DNA from: Strigamia acuminata
Taxonomy: Eukaryota
NCBI GenBank assembly: GCA_949358305.1
Contig: OX442314.1
Span: 12,214,001 to 12,278,000, forward strand
Reading direction: 5' to 3'
Length of the DNA: 64,000 nt
Position 1 is the stretch's first letter, and each line of letters begins with the position of its first letter. Made by a program: the position numbers and the translations under genes. The notes below the pieces were generated by a model, which saw nothing but the letters and a program-made list of their open reading frames with translations, ran no database searches and was not told where the DNA came from. Shown one piece after another: positions 48,917 through 61,336 of the stretch.

Positions 48917-51900
48917 TTTCGAGACTTCGAAATAATCCAGCTGCGATTGCAGCACGCGCAAATAACAATTCGAGGTATAAAATGGAAAAACTAATTTAAT
49001 CGATGATAGAAATTCTAATGAGAAGGAAACGCGTGGTATTGCGAGTCCTTGTACAAAAAAAGATGATGGTCGACCCAAAAAACGGGGTCGACTTCCGGTC
49101 AGCAAGGACCGGTCACTCAATTTACATACTAGAGGGCTCTTTTAACAGCCCTCGATAATAATAGCAAATTTCAATAATTCAAACACTTGTAACAAATTCA
49201 ATACTCAATAAATTCAAAGTAAACAAACATTTCGACTAATTTAAACTAACATAAAAATTAAAATCAACATTTAAAAACATTTAAATCAACAGATTTTACA
49301 CTGCCGGGGGAACATGACAAAAATTACGACAAACAATCTCACTCCGACACTTCCAACGAACAAAGTCTTTGTACTGGTCTTCTCAAAATCTTTCCGCCGG
49401 GTAGCAATAGTTTGCACGAACGAATTTTTCCGTCTCTTCCGACGAATGTCTCGAAAACTTTTGCCGTCTTCCAAGTTAAACGAGGTTGCCCTTGTTCCTG
49501 GATAAGGACTAAATCTTCGACTTGAATCTCTCTGGAGGCACGTACGTGTCGAAATTCCCTCAATTCGACCAAATATTCATGCGACCATCGTCGCCACAGC
49601 AAATTTATAAGTCTTTGTCGTAGCTTCCATCGTTTTACAAGTTCTGGCCTCTTCGAATTATTGACTTGACATTCTGAACTGTAGATATCCGGCAAACTGG
49701 TAATTCTTGTTCCGATTAAAAAGTGTGATGGGGTCAGTGGTTCTCGTTCTTCCGGATTGTCCGTCACGTAGGTTATTGGACGTGAATTGATTACTGCCTC
49801 AACCTCAGTTAGTACGGTGGTGAGCTCCTCGAAACATAATGACGATCGACCGAGAACCTTCTTGAGACTGAGTTTGACGGTTTTGACGAGGCGCTCCCAG
49901 AAGCCACCCCACCAAGGCGCCAATTCAACAATAAACTTCCATTGGATCTTGTGTTGTGACAAAAATCCTTGTAATTGTTCGCCCGAAAATTCGTTGATAA
50001 AAAGAGCCAAATCCTTTTCTGCCCTCTTGAATGTCTTGGCATTGTCCGAGTATACGATGCTCGGGATTCCTCTTCGCGAAATTAAACGTTTGAATGCCAT
50101 AATAAATTTTTCCGTGGTCAGATCGGACACCAATTCGAGGTGGACTGCTCGTACTACCGCACATGTAAATAGGGCGATATAGGCTTTCTCTCCATTTCGG
50201 GTGTAAAGCGGTCCTGCAAAATCCACTCCGATTATTTGAAATGGCGCTGCTCGATTGATGCGATCCGCTGGAAGGAGTCCTATTGCTTGCGTCATTAGCT
50301 TTGCATTTATTCGTCGACAGGTTATGCACTTCGCGACGAACGTCTTGACCAATTTTCTGGCGCGCTGGGCCCAATACCTCGACCTAAACTCTGCCAAGGT
50401 GTCGCCGAGTCCTCCGTGTAGTGCTCGCTTGTGGCAATCTTGAATTATCAGTCTTGTTAACGGCGAACTTGCATCCAGGATGATTGGAATAATGAAGTCT
50501 TTGGCTCCTGCATGATGTCGTATACGCGAATTAATTCGTAGCAATCCATTTTCGTCAACAGCTATTGACATTTCTGACAACGGGGAGTTTTTGTTCAGTT
50601 TTACTTCATTCTGCAAGTTGTGCATTTCTTCCGCAAATTTTGAACGTTGCATAAAGCCAAACCAATAATTTTCTGCTTCTTCCACTTCTCTTGCTTTTAT
50701 CGGACCAACAAATGATTGTCGCTTCCTAGCATTGCGTACGAAACGTAGAATCCAAGCGGTTATTCGAATCCCTCGGTTCCAACTGCCAAACTTCTCAACG
50801 TCAAAAATCGGGTCCATTTTCTTTTGAGACCGAGTCAAATTGATTTGAATTTCGACTTCTTCGAATTCTTCGACATTGTCATCCGAATTTTCCAATCCCT
50901 GTGGCCAGTGAGCTTCGGATTTTTTCAACCATTCAGGTCCGTTCCACCATTCGAAGTCGTTGATTAATTTTTCAGCTTCCATGCCCCTCGTTAGTTTATC
51001 CGCAGGATTGACCTTCCCCGGGCAGTGTCGCCAGCGAGCGACGTCTGTATTGGCGCGGATCTCCCGGACGCGATTTGCAACGAATGGATTCGATTTCTTC
51101 TGCTGCTCACGAATCCAGAAATAGGTGATTGAAGAATCCGTCCAGTAGAAAACTCGCTGAACACCCAAAACTTGAATTTTTGTGGCGATTCGCGACAACA
51201 ACAAGGCGCTCATTAGTTCGAGCTTCGGCAGCGTAAGTGACTTTAAGGGGGCAACACGCGATTTTGACAGGCAAAGCGAGACGTCGACTGTGTGTCCATT
51301 CTTGGTTCGGACGTAGAGCACTACGCCGTAAGCCTTCGGGCTCGCGTCACAGAAAAAATGAAGTTCTTGCTGCGATTTGTCGTCTAAGTTCAGGCTGTAG
51401 GGACGCCCGACAGAAATCTTTCGTAACAACACGATTTGTTCAAACCAATGGGCCCATTGTTTCGCAACGTCGGGGGGCAGGGCATTATCCCATCCAATAT
51501 TTCGTGCCCACAGCTCCTGGAACATCAGTTTTCCGATGATGGCAAAGGGTGAAGCGAAGCCCAAAGGGTCGTAAATTTTTGCAACTGACTGTACTATTTT
51601 TCTTTTCGATCCCTCGCCAGCAACAATCTTTTCTTCTGCCCATTCGCCAATTTCTAACTGCAATGTGTCTGCAACGTAGTCCCAGACCAAACCCAGCACG
51701 GTGGTTTGGTGTTTGTCGGAGTCCATTAATTTGGAATCTTCGGGGATTTCTTTGGCGAAAATTTCACGTAAACGTTGGGAGTTCGAGTGCCATTTGCGGA
51801 GCGGCATGTGGGCTTTCATCATCAGTTCTCGCGCCTCGTGGAAAATCGTTAACACTCGTTCTTCGGTGCGCATGGAGTCGAGTAAATCGTCAACATAAAA

Positions 51901-54900
51901 TTTTTCTTTGATTTGTTCAACGGTGTCGGGGTATTGTGTCTTCATCTCCTCCAGATGTAACTGAATCGAGTCATTCAGCAAGTAGGGGCTCGAAGAAACT
52001 CCAAAGACCACTCGAATTTGGCGCATAACTCGAGGGGTGAGGAAATCAAGTCCATTCCAATTTTCAGGTACCCACAAGAAACTCACGTAATTTCGGTCCT
52101 GGAGTCGTAACAGCAACTGTAGAAATGCCTTCTCGATGTCGGATAAATACGCGATCAACTCTCTTCTGAACAACACCAATAGCTTTAAAATTTCGGGCAG
52201 CAAATTCGGACCACTGTCCAAGCAGTCGTTTAACGACAATTCGTTTTTTCCCTTCGACGATGCATCAAAAACGATTCGAATTTTCGTGGTCGCGCGCTCT
52301 TCTCGTACGACCGCTCGATGAGGCATAAAATAGGAGTGTTCCGGGTCGTGTTCCGTAACTTCTTCAATTATTCCGTCCCTTAGCTGTTCGTCAAAAATCT
52401 TCTTATAGGACTGATAGAAGCCCGGATTTCGTTTAAATTTTCGCACAAGGTTCCAGAATCTCCGCTTTGCCACTTCATAATTATTGTTCAATTGGCTCGG
52501 ATCCACCAGCCATGGCAGTGGAACAACGTATCTGCCGTCTTCACGTGTCACCTGCTCGCGGAATCGAATGGCACACGAATTGCGGTCAGTCGACGATTCG
52601 TCTTCAGTTTCATGTCGAATCCCGATCGCTTCCAGCTCCCAAAATTTTTTCAAGCCGTCGTCCAGTCGTTCTTCGAGGCGCACGTTAAAAACTCGGGTGA
52701 CCATGGTCGAAAGAGAGACCACATTTGCAGAGGAGCCCATCAAAGTCCATCCGAATATTGTTTCAACCGCGAGTAAATCGTCCTCGACCTTTTGAATCCG
52801 CCTTGTCAGTATCTTCGCGATACAGTCCGCACCTATCAAACAAAAAATATCGAAATTAGTATATTTGTTAAATTCAACATTTATATCGTCGCGTTCTAGG
52901 GCGGCTCGCAAGCCAGCCTGCAACTCCGTTTTAATTGGCTTGGTTATCCAAGCTGTCTCGATCGCCACGATATCAATCGATCGAGTTGTGTCGTCAACAT
53001 GACACAATTTCAAGTCAAATCGACCTCTGACTACATCTTGCGGCGTTTGATTGCCAAAAGTGTGAACTGTCAAACGTTCTGTGCTTTTCTTTTCCAACTT
53101 CAAGTCTTTGGCGAGACTCGACAACACAAACGTGCTCTGACTCCCCGGATCGATTAGACATTGTATGATGGCTTCACGAGATTGAAACTTTGCTCGCACA
53201 AAAATCGTCGCCAACGTTGCAACAGGAGGAGGAGTTAACACGGGCAATTCGACGTTCGTTGACACGTGGGTGATTACTCTGTCGGGGTCTGAGTTCGATG
53301 CTCCGCTACAAACCAAGTAATTGTGATTTTTTTGGCAAAGTTTACAAGTAACACGGTAGGAACACGTTTTTGACGTGTGCCCTTTCTTCATGCACTTAAA
53401 ACATCGTCCATTTTTCATAACATATTCCCTTCTTTCAGCTAATGTGGTGGCACAACCGTCCCGTTCATGACTCTTGCTGCAAAACATGCAGTTCGAAATA
53501 GTCGTGTTTAAAATACGTGCAGACGGCGTACGATCGTTATTCTTGCGGAACGTCCTTTCTGGATCCGATTTTTCGACTTTTTCTTTTTTCTCTCCCTCTT
53601 TGGTACGGTGAAGGTCTTGGAAGTTCTCGATTTTGTTGTGATGGACCAACTCAGCACGAATCATGTTGAGAAGATCTTTAGCTTGGTACTTCCCATCCGG
53701 ATGCTGTCTGGAGAACTCCAGCGAAATCTGTTTGGGCACCAAACCCATGATGAGGGGACAAGCAGTCGCGTCGATTGCTTCGGTGTTCATCTTAGCAGCG
53801 TGCAAACCTCGGACATGAGACTCACAACGATCGTAGAGCTTCTGAAGTGGTACAGGATCCAAAATGTCGCTCACCGGCTTCATTTTCATCAACGCTCTCA
53901 TGTGAGCACTGAGAATCACGTCTGTGCGGCCATAACGCTCCACCAGCAACCCTTTTGCAATTGGATAATTTTCGTCGACGGGTGGCAGTCCCTTTAGAAC
54001 GAGCGCCGCTTCGCCATCCAGGTAGGATTTCAAATATACCAGTTTGGATTTGTTGGTAATACTTGTTTTGGAGTCAATACTAATTTCGAAATTACCCCAA
54101 AAGTCATCCCATTCAAGTGGATCGCCTCGGAACTTGATGGCTTCATACTTTGGTAACTTCATGGTCGCCTCGTGAGGAACGTTTGCTGCCCCGTGGTAGT
54201 TATTGGTGATCGGCGTGGCTGGGGGAGTAGCCGGTGGTGCGCTAATTTTTCTCAACGCCTCGTCGATTTCGACCTCACAGTCGATCGCCTTTCCGTTGTA
54301 ATTGTCTTCACATTGGGTTATTTCGGCGTCTATTTCATCCTCGTCGGTCAGCGTTGCCAGTATTCTCGCGTCGAGCACCTTCAATTCAGAAATTTTGGTT
54401 TTAAGATGTACTTTGATTTTTTTCAGATCGAGTTCGTTTAATGGTATTGTTGCGAGAATTGTCTTCGCCTTCGTGATTGTATTCGTAGCCATTCGTCTTG
54501 CCACGCTACGTTGCATTTTTACAACGCCAATTTCTTCAGCCATTTTGTATTTTCTCGAGTTCTACTTGCGGTTTTATGGATTTCAGTTCTAACGGTTCCT
54601 GGAGTTTATTTCCCGGGTTTCGGCACCAATTTCGAGACTTCGAAATAATCCAGCTGCGATTGCAGCACGCGCAAATAACAATTCGAGGTATAAAATGGAA
54701 AAACTAATTTAATCGATGATAGAAATTCTAATGAGAAGGAAACGCGTGGTATTGCGAGTCCTTGTACAAAAAAAGATGATGGTCGACCCAAAAAACGGGG
54801 TCGACTTCCGGTCAGCAAGGACCGGTCACTCAATTTACATACTAGAGGGCTCTTTTAACAGCCCTCGATAATAATAGCAAATTTCAATAATTCAAACACT

Positions 54901-55013
54901 TGTAACAAATTCAATACTCAATAAATTCAAAGTAAACAAACATTTCGACTAATTTAAACTAACATAAAAATTAAAATCAACATTTAAAAACATTTAAATC
55001 AACAGATTTTACA
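48917..55013 (-). mobile_element. Full-length BEL/Pao LTR retrotransposon
   Basis: 384-bp LTRs (54630-55013, 48917-49300), apparently identical; TSD AGTTT; PBS TGGTGCCGAAACCCGGGA (tRNA-Phe); empty site in the paralogous block at ~12137. Confidence 0.96.
49339..54543 (-). CDS. BEL/Pao Gag-Pol (1734 aa, intact)
   Basis: DUF1759-type gag, three Cys/His knuckles, LIDPGSQ protease, RT FYVDD, FCDAS RNase H, GVDFAGP/SDNA integrase. Confidence 0.95.
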   Translation of the reverse strand: MAEEIGVVKMQRSVARRMATNTITKAKTILATIPLNELDLKKIKVHLKTKISELKVLDARILATLTDEDEIDAEITQCEDNYNGKAIDCEVEIDEALRKISAPPATPPATPITNNYHGAANVPHEATMKLPKYEAIKFRGDPLEWDDFWGNFEISIDSKTSITNKSKLVYLKSYLDGEAALVLKGLPPVDENYPIAKGLLVERYGRTDVILSAHMRALMKMKPVSDILDPVPLQKLYDRCESHVRGLHAAKMNTEAIDATACPLIMGLVPKQISLEFSRQHPDGKYQAKDLLNMIRAELVHHNKIENFQDLHRTKEGEKKEKVEKSDPERTFRKNNDRTPSARILNTTISNCMFCSKSHERDGCATTLAERREYVMKNGRCFKCMKKGHTSKTCSYRVTCKLCQKNHNYLVCSGASNSDPDRVITHVSTNVELPVLTPPPVATLATIFVRAKFQSREAIIQCLIDPGSQSTFVLSSLAKDLKLEKKSTERLTVHTFGNQTPQDVVRGRFDLKLCHVDDTTRSIDIVAIETAWITKPIKTELQAGLRAALERDDINVEFNKYTNFDIFCLIGADCIAKILTRRIQKVEDDLLAVETIFGWTLMGSSANVVSLSTMVTRVFNVRLEERLDDGLKKFWELEAIGIRHETEDESSTDRNSCAIRFREQVTREDGRYVVPLPWLVDPSQLNNNYEVAKRRFWNLVRKFKRNPGFYQSYKKIFDEQLRDGIIEEVTEHDPEHSYFMPHRAVVREERATTKIRIVFDASSKGKNELSLNDCLDSGPNLLPEILKLLVLFRRELIAYLSDIEKAFLQLLLRLQDRNYVSFLWVPENWNGLDFLTPRVMRQIRVVFGVSSSPYLLNDSIQLHLEEMKTQYPDTVEQIKEKFYVDDLLDSMRTEERVLTIFHEARELMMKAHMPLRKWHSNSQRLREIFAKEIPEDSKLMDSDKHQTTVLGLVWDYVADTLQLEIGEWAEEKIVAGEGSKRKIVQSVAKIYDPLGFASPFAIIGKLMFQELWARNIGWDNALPPDVAKQWAHWFEQIVLLRKISVGRPYSLNLDDKSQQELHFFCDASPKAYGVVLYVRTKNGHTVDVSLCLSKSRVAPLKSLTLPKLELMSALLLSRIATKIQVLGVQRVFYWTDSSITYFWIREQQKKSNPFVANRVREIRANTDVARWRHCPGKVNPADKLTRGMEAEKLINDFEWWNGPEWLKKSEAHWPQGLENSDDNVEEFEEVEIQINLTRSQKKMDPIFDVEKFGSWNRGIRITAWILRFVRNARKRQSFVGPIKAREVEEAENYWFGFMQRSKFAEEMHNLQNEVKLNKNSPLSEMSIAVDENGLLRINSRIRHHAGAKDFIIPIILDASSPLTRLIIQDCHKRALHGGLGDTLAEFRSRYWAQRARKLVKTFVAKCITCRRINAKLMTQAIGLLPADRINRAAPFQIIGVDFAGPLYTRNGEKAYIALFTCAVVRAVHLELVSDLTTEKFIMAFKRLISRRGIPSIVYSDNAKTFKRAEKDLALFINEFSGEQLQGFLSQHKIQWKFIVELAPWWGGFWERLVKTVKLSLKKVLGRSSLCFEELTTVLTEVEAVINSRPITYVTDNPEEREPLTPSHFLIGTRITSLPDIYSSECQVNNSKRPELVKRWKLRQRLINLLWRRWSHEYLVELREFRHVRASREIQVEDLVLIQEQGQPRLTWKTAKVFETFVGRDGKIRSCKLLLPGGKILRRPVQRLCSLEVSE

Positions 55014-56187
55014 AGTTTTAAGAAATAATCAAATAAAAAAATAAAAAAAATAAAAAAAAATTAATTGTAATTACTAATTACAATTCATTTACATTAAGAA
55101 CACTTTGAAAGGGCATGAAGTTCTTATTTAACACCTGATTTCACTCAAATAAATTTTTTTATTTTGCATATTTTATGCCCATAAAACAAATTTTATTTTG
55201 CATAAAAATCCGAAGTCTAGTAATAATAATAATAATGGTCAAATCAAGAATGGTCTCAAACAAATTTGGCGAAAACTTGCGGCAATCCGGGTTTACTATT
55301 TAATATTCGAGGGAATAACTAAATAAATCACTGTTGAGATGCCTTGTAGGACTTCTACTCAGCGGCCAGTTATGTCTAGGGGAATGATATAACACAAAAT
55401 ATACAAAGAATAATTGTTTTAATTGTTCCGAATGAAATACAAAATAATGATGTAATGGCAAAACGTCGTCTTAAATACACACTCACGGTTATCCGGCTCC
55501 AAGATGGCGTCGCATGAGCACAGCTCAATGCCAATATCTCCTCAAACACACAGCTTGGATTTCCGTGTTGTTGATTAAAATCCTTTTTATTATATTCACA
55601 TTTTTAAATCGAGGATGTAAAAATAAGAGGACGAATGGTTTTTACTGTTCCTGTAGCAGGAAAAATGAGTACAGTATTTGATAAAAAATTTCCATAAAAC
55701 AAAAATTGAAAATAATTTTATAAACTAGATTGCAGAATAATGATACCAATCGATACAATAAAAGTTGCTGCCCTTTTTGATAGTTGTGTGTTGATCAGAA
55801 AAACCAGTCCAAAAACCTCAGAATTGTAGCGCCTTCTGGTGCATAAAAACCTTGATGAAAACAAATAAAAACGAAAAAACTGCCACGAGACGGCTTAAGG
55901 ATACACAACTTCACAGAGCTTGTTCCATAGCGGATACTGGGCTCATGGACACAATATTATTATTAAATTATTGTGTCCAGCTGGACTTATAGGTATCTGC
56001 GAATTGTGAATCATGAATCGTCTTTATCCTTCCCGTTAGATGAGTATAATAATTGACTATTCACCTTGAATGAATATTCGCAGAGAATTTAATCTAATGG
56101 AAGAATAGATTATTAATGACCTTTGCCTTAGCTTAGGTAGTTTTAATTGCTATTGTTGTGGATACAATACAGTCGTTGTTAAATGAC

Positions 56188-57038
56188 TTAATAATCTATT
56201 TTTTTGCAAACTCGCTTTATATGCTTTCTATAGTCATCTTGAATATCTTTCACTTCTGGACACCTATTTTGAAGGCAATCGAAGTATGGGTTTAGCTAGA
56301 GATTTAAAAAATGTAAGTAAAAACACACAATGTAATGTTCCATTTTTAAGTTACATCTCCTTTGTAGTCATATCTAACTTTTGCACAGATAGCAAGGTAC
56401 GTTATTGTCGAGTGTTGATTTACTCTGTCGGTTAAGAAAAATTTTTCGAGGGGAAATTGTGAAATTATAAAATAATCGAATACTCACATCATGGTGGGAA
56501 AAGTATATTATGTGCGCAACGAATTTTGTGTGATCGAGTCGCTGGACTATATTGTTCTGAATATAAACATCACATCAATCCTAAGACATAAAACAAATTA
56601 TTAAAAGCTTGACTTGGACATACAAAGCCGCTTTTTCTATTCATGCAAACTCCATACATGAAATAAGATAAGTCACAATCCTGAAACATTTAAATGAACG
56701 AGCAGTAACACAACTAGAAATATGATCTTACAACATGTAGTTACTTACTTTTTCGCCGTAGGTCATAGTTTTAACAGTACGTCTGCAATCTTCATGGGTC
56801 TGTTGCATCTGAAAAACAAATTTTACTTTTAACAATAAGTTAATTACATAAAATGTTATTGTGTGATTAAAGAAATACAACCGACGCAATAAATTTCCGC
56901 GAATTGAAGCAATACTAAAATAAATTACATAGTATTTATAGATTTTACAGTTTAAAGGTTTTAAATGAACATTCAATTTACATAAGATTCAGCAAATGAG
57001 GCCGAAACAGCAATAACTAAGAAAATCCACAGTATCAT
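56188..57038 (-). pseudogene. 8-Cys secreted family copy J
   Basis: All 7 exons are present (exon 1 MILWIFLVIAVSASFAESY). A net +4 bp insertion in exon 6 (~56396-56402) shifts the frame to a TAG. Confidence 0.8.
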
Positions 57039-57681
57039 TCTAGGAGGCTGAAATGTAAGAATTATATAAATTTTTACAAACATAAAGAATGATTTTTTGC
57101 TATTTTTATATACAGGACTTCAAACGTAGTGTGGATCCAGTGGTGATTTAAAAAAAAAGTAATTAGAAATGTCAGGTATGGATCTATTCTTTATTTATTT
57201 AGTGTAGAATATAAGATTTCATTTAGTTGTTTTAGCACAATGGCACACTTGAATTACATAATTTCTTGCGTATAGTTAATGCGGTTAATGTAAGATATGA
57301 ACCTCGAATTTCAATAATTCCTGTAAATCCTGTATGAAAGCTTATTTTTTATGTTTTTGTTGCTTTTTGAGTGTTATTTGAGAGATGGAAAAGGATGCAC
57401 ATGGGTTGAGTGGTTACAACTAACTAACTTTATTGCTACAGAGAAGGTCAAGATAATACAAACTTGGGTGGCCAGTAAAAAGGTCACTCCAGGAATATCC
57501 AAGCGCCAAAGGCATGTGGATGATTTTTCATCCACATTGACCTGTGCTTTGCCAGGACATATTTCCGGTTTTTTTGTTGTCATTCTTAGCTTTTGTTCTG
57601 TAATGCTTGTGGCACACGGAGCGTTTTGCGGCGCGAATCGCGTCGCCAAGCGATTTGGACCTGAATCCAAAATGGCGTCAA

Positions 57682-57780
57682 GTCGCACCTGATTGGTTGC
57701 GATCAAAATCGCCGACCAAAAAGTACTTGGTGCATGTACTTTTTGGTCGGCGATTTTGATCGCAAGCAATCAGGTGCGAC
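57682..57780. repeat. Near-perfect ~100-bp palindrome in a non-autonomous element
   Basis: GTCGCACCTGATTGGTTGCGATCAAAATCGCCGACCAAAAAGTAC..GTACTTTTTGGTCGGCGATTTTGATCGCAAGCAATCAGGTGCGAC; related sequence at ~1130-1210. Confidence 0.8.
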
Positions 57781-58329
57781 CTGCATGGTGTCCGAATGCA
57801 TTTGATGGTAAGCATGCTATTTCTCTAGTGTGCAAGTTTGCCACTAGAGTGCATTGTATCTTCTCTCAATTCACTTCTCACTTCTTCTCCATGCGTTTCC
57901 AAGCTGCCAATTGCAGAATAATAATATCAGTAGACGATTTTAACGCAATAAATGTGGCTGGTTTCTTGGTGGTTGTGTGCTGATCAGAAAAACCCGTTCA
58001 AAATCCCCAGAATTGTAGCGCCTTCTGGTGCATGAAAACAAATACAAAACGAAAAACTACCACGAGACGGCTTAACGATACGCAACGCCGTAAAGTTTGT
58101 TTACCCGATCCATGGCGAATTCTGGACTTATAGACATCTGCGAATTGTGAATCATGAATCGTCTTTATCCTTCCCGTTAGATGTGTATAATAATTGACCA
58201 TTCATCTTGAATGAATATTCGCAGAGAATTTAATTTAATGGAATCTATTCTTCCATTAATGACTATTGCCTAAGCTTACGTAGTTTTAATTGCTATTGTT
58301 ATGGATACAATACAGTCTTTGTTAAATTA

Positions 58330-59414
58330 CTAACGCTTGCAAATTCGCTTTATATGCTTTTTATAGTCAGCTTGAATATCTTTCACTTCTGGACACCTAT
58401 TTTGAAGGCAATCGAAGTATGGGTTCAGCTAGAGATTAAAAAAATTTAAGTAAAAAGACATAATGTAATGTTCAATTTTTAAGTTACATCTCCTTTGGTG
58501 TCAAATCTTACGGTATCACAGATGGAAAGTTTATCCTCGAGTGTTGCTTTAGCCTGTCGGTTGTGAAAAAAAATTTTATATGAGAAATTGTGAAATTAAA
58601 GAATAATTGAATACTCACATCATCGGTGGCAAAAAATTTTATGTACGCAACGAATTTTGTGTGATCGAGTCGCTGGAATTGATTGTTCTGAATATAAAAA
58701 GCAAATCACTCGTAAGACATAAAGTGAATTATTAAAAGCTTGACTTGGACATACAAAGCCACTTTTTCTATTCATGCAAACTCCATACATGAAATAAGAG
58801 AAGTCACAATCCTAAATGAATGAGCAGTAACACAACTAGAAATATGATCCTACATCATGTAGATACTACTTACTCTGCCTTTGCTCATTTTGGTCATATA
58901 TTTAACAGCATGTCTGCAATCTGCATGGTTCTGTTGCATCTGAAAAATAAATTTTACTTTTAACAATAAGTTTATTTCATATACTACGTTTACATGCATC
59001 GAATAATTCGAGTTGGGTTTACATGCTGAAAATAATTCGGGGTTATTTTCATTTTTCGACCAATGGGAAAGTGCCAGAAGCAATGCGAGTTCACTCGAAT
59101 TAAACAACCTTCTGCGAGGGATTATTCACTACTCGAATAATCCGAATAATCCTGTTTACATGCCAGTTGTGCACACGGAATATTTTGTCTCACTCGAAAT
59201 ATTCCATGCGTGTAAACATAGTAATAATATGTTATTGTGTGATTAAAGAAATACAACCAATGCAATAAATTCCCGTGAATTGAAGCAAACCTAAAATAAA
59301 TTACATAGTATATACAGGTTTTACAGTTTAAAAGTTTAAAATTAACATTCAGTTTACATAAGATTCAGCAAATGAGGCCGAAACAGCAATAACTAAGAAG
59401 ATCCACAGCATCAT
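58330..59414 (-). CDS. 8-Cys secreted family copy K (intact; MITE in intron 2)
   Basis: MMLWIFLVIAVSASFAESY|VCFNSREFIAL|MQQNHADCRHAVKYMTKMSKGR|DCDFSYFMYGVCMNRKSGF|NNQFQRLDHTKFVAYIKFFATDD|AKATLEDKLSICDTVRFDTKGD|LNPYFDCLQNRCPEVKDIQADYKKHIKRICKR*. Confidence 0.86.
58983..59223. mobile_element. MITE in intron 2 of copy K
   Basis: TIR TACTACGTTTACATGCAT.. / ..ATGCGTGTAAACATAGTA. Confidence 0.75.
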
Positions 59415-61336
59415 TGTAGGAGGCTGAAATGTGAGAATTGTATAAATGTTTGCAAATATAAAGAATGATTTTTTGCTATTTTTATATACAGGATTTCAAA
59501 CGTAGTGTGGATTCAGTGGTGATTAAAAAAAAGAAATTAAAAGTGTAAGGTATGTATTTATTCTTTATTTATTTAGGGTAGAATATAAGATTTCATTTAG
59601 TTGTTTTAGCACAATGGGACACTTGAATTACATAATTTCTTGCGTATAGTTAATGCGGTTAATGTAAGATAAGCTATAAACATCGAATTTCAATAATTAA
59701 ATATTTAAATCCTGTATGTAAGGAATGGTATAGTTTGAACTTATTATTTTACAGCATTTAATGAAAGCTTATTTTTTAATTTTTTTAATTTTAATTTTAC
59801 AGAGATTGGCCCGCAAAACATAATTTTTTTCCAATTTTTAAATTACTAAAATTACAAAACATATTGATTAAAACGAAGTTGTTGAGCACCAGGCCAGGAG
59901 TGACTGATGCATCTAACAGTATTAACCATGCAGGATGGCTACCATCTTGCATCGAAAATAACACCATGGTGTTGTATTTGAATTATGCTAGAAATGGCAA
60001 TTTCGTAAAGATTGAGCAAAAATTTTGAATATAACACCACTTCAGCTACGAAACGCTGGACGCAACAAACAATCTCCAAAACACACAAGAGACACAATGG
60101 TTTAGTTTGGTAAGCTTTATTGTTTTCTAGGGATATGATTCAGGTGTCCCACAGTGTATTTCCCAATGTAATAGCTGCATGGCCACCGTTCCTGATTCGA
60201 AGACGTGGCACGGCGGCCATTGGCCGCATGACAAGCATTGTCAGAGTTTCAGTGAATAGAGAGGTTCTGCCAGGCGTTAAGCATAGTACTCATGAGCACT
60301 TTCCTATGGCGGAAATCAGTCTGCCCACAGAAATTTGCCAACAGAAAATATTGGTACTCACACTTTTTATTCCTGTCTTGGAATGTCTGTGAGATGACCT
60401 CTATCCCACAGAAAAATTACATTTCTGGCAGGTCAATACAGCGAAAAGCCAACCTTCGTTTCCAAGCACAGAAACTTCTGTTGGCAAACAAAATAATGAC
60501 CGATCGTAATCGGTCTTTAGTATTTGTGACCGGTTGTATTTTTCTTAATCGGTTGCGTTTTTTTTAACCGGTTACAAAAATGGCAGCGCTTATTTCTGGC
60601 GACAGCATGGATCGAAGCATGGATCCAATTTATCCAAGAAAGAAAAATACACGTTAAGTAATGACAAAATCACAACAATATCTTGAATAAACTCATCTTC
60701 GCTAGAATCCTTATCTTCCATTATTACGTTCTGTTGTACGATTACGTTCTGTTGTACGATTACGTTCTGTTGCACGAGCTGCGAATGAAATCTGGCATCC
60801 ATTTTAGTCAAAAGTTGCCGACAGGTGGCGCTAATGTTTGCCATTTATTCCTTTCTGTTGCATAGGCTGTGAGTATTGTAAAAAGTCTGGTGTGACAGAC
60901 TTGTACGTACATATTCTGCCACTAGGTGATTCTGTCATGTCTATACACACAAAAGTCTGTGGGCATACAGTTCTGTGGGCAAATGATCTTATGAGTCCTA
61001 AGCTGTAGACAGGAACGGCTGACGCCTGGAAAGCGGAAACGTCATCACTTTTTGTGCTGACGTCATGGGGCGAAGCTAAGTTTTACGTTGCGCGCGTGGT
61101 CATTGTCGTTTGCAACGTGTAATGGCGGGTTCAGACGTTCTTGGAGAACGTGTAATTAATTTGTCATTCATTTTGAAGGAATATTCACAGAGTATTTAAT
61201 TGCCATTTGAAGAAATATAAAATGTGACGAATAAATAATGACCATAACACAAGCTTCCGAAATTTATGTAGAATTATATTTTAAATGGTTTGTAAGGGAT
61301 ACAACACAGTCGTTTTTATTTCCGAATAATAATATT

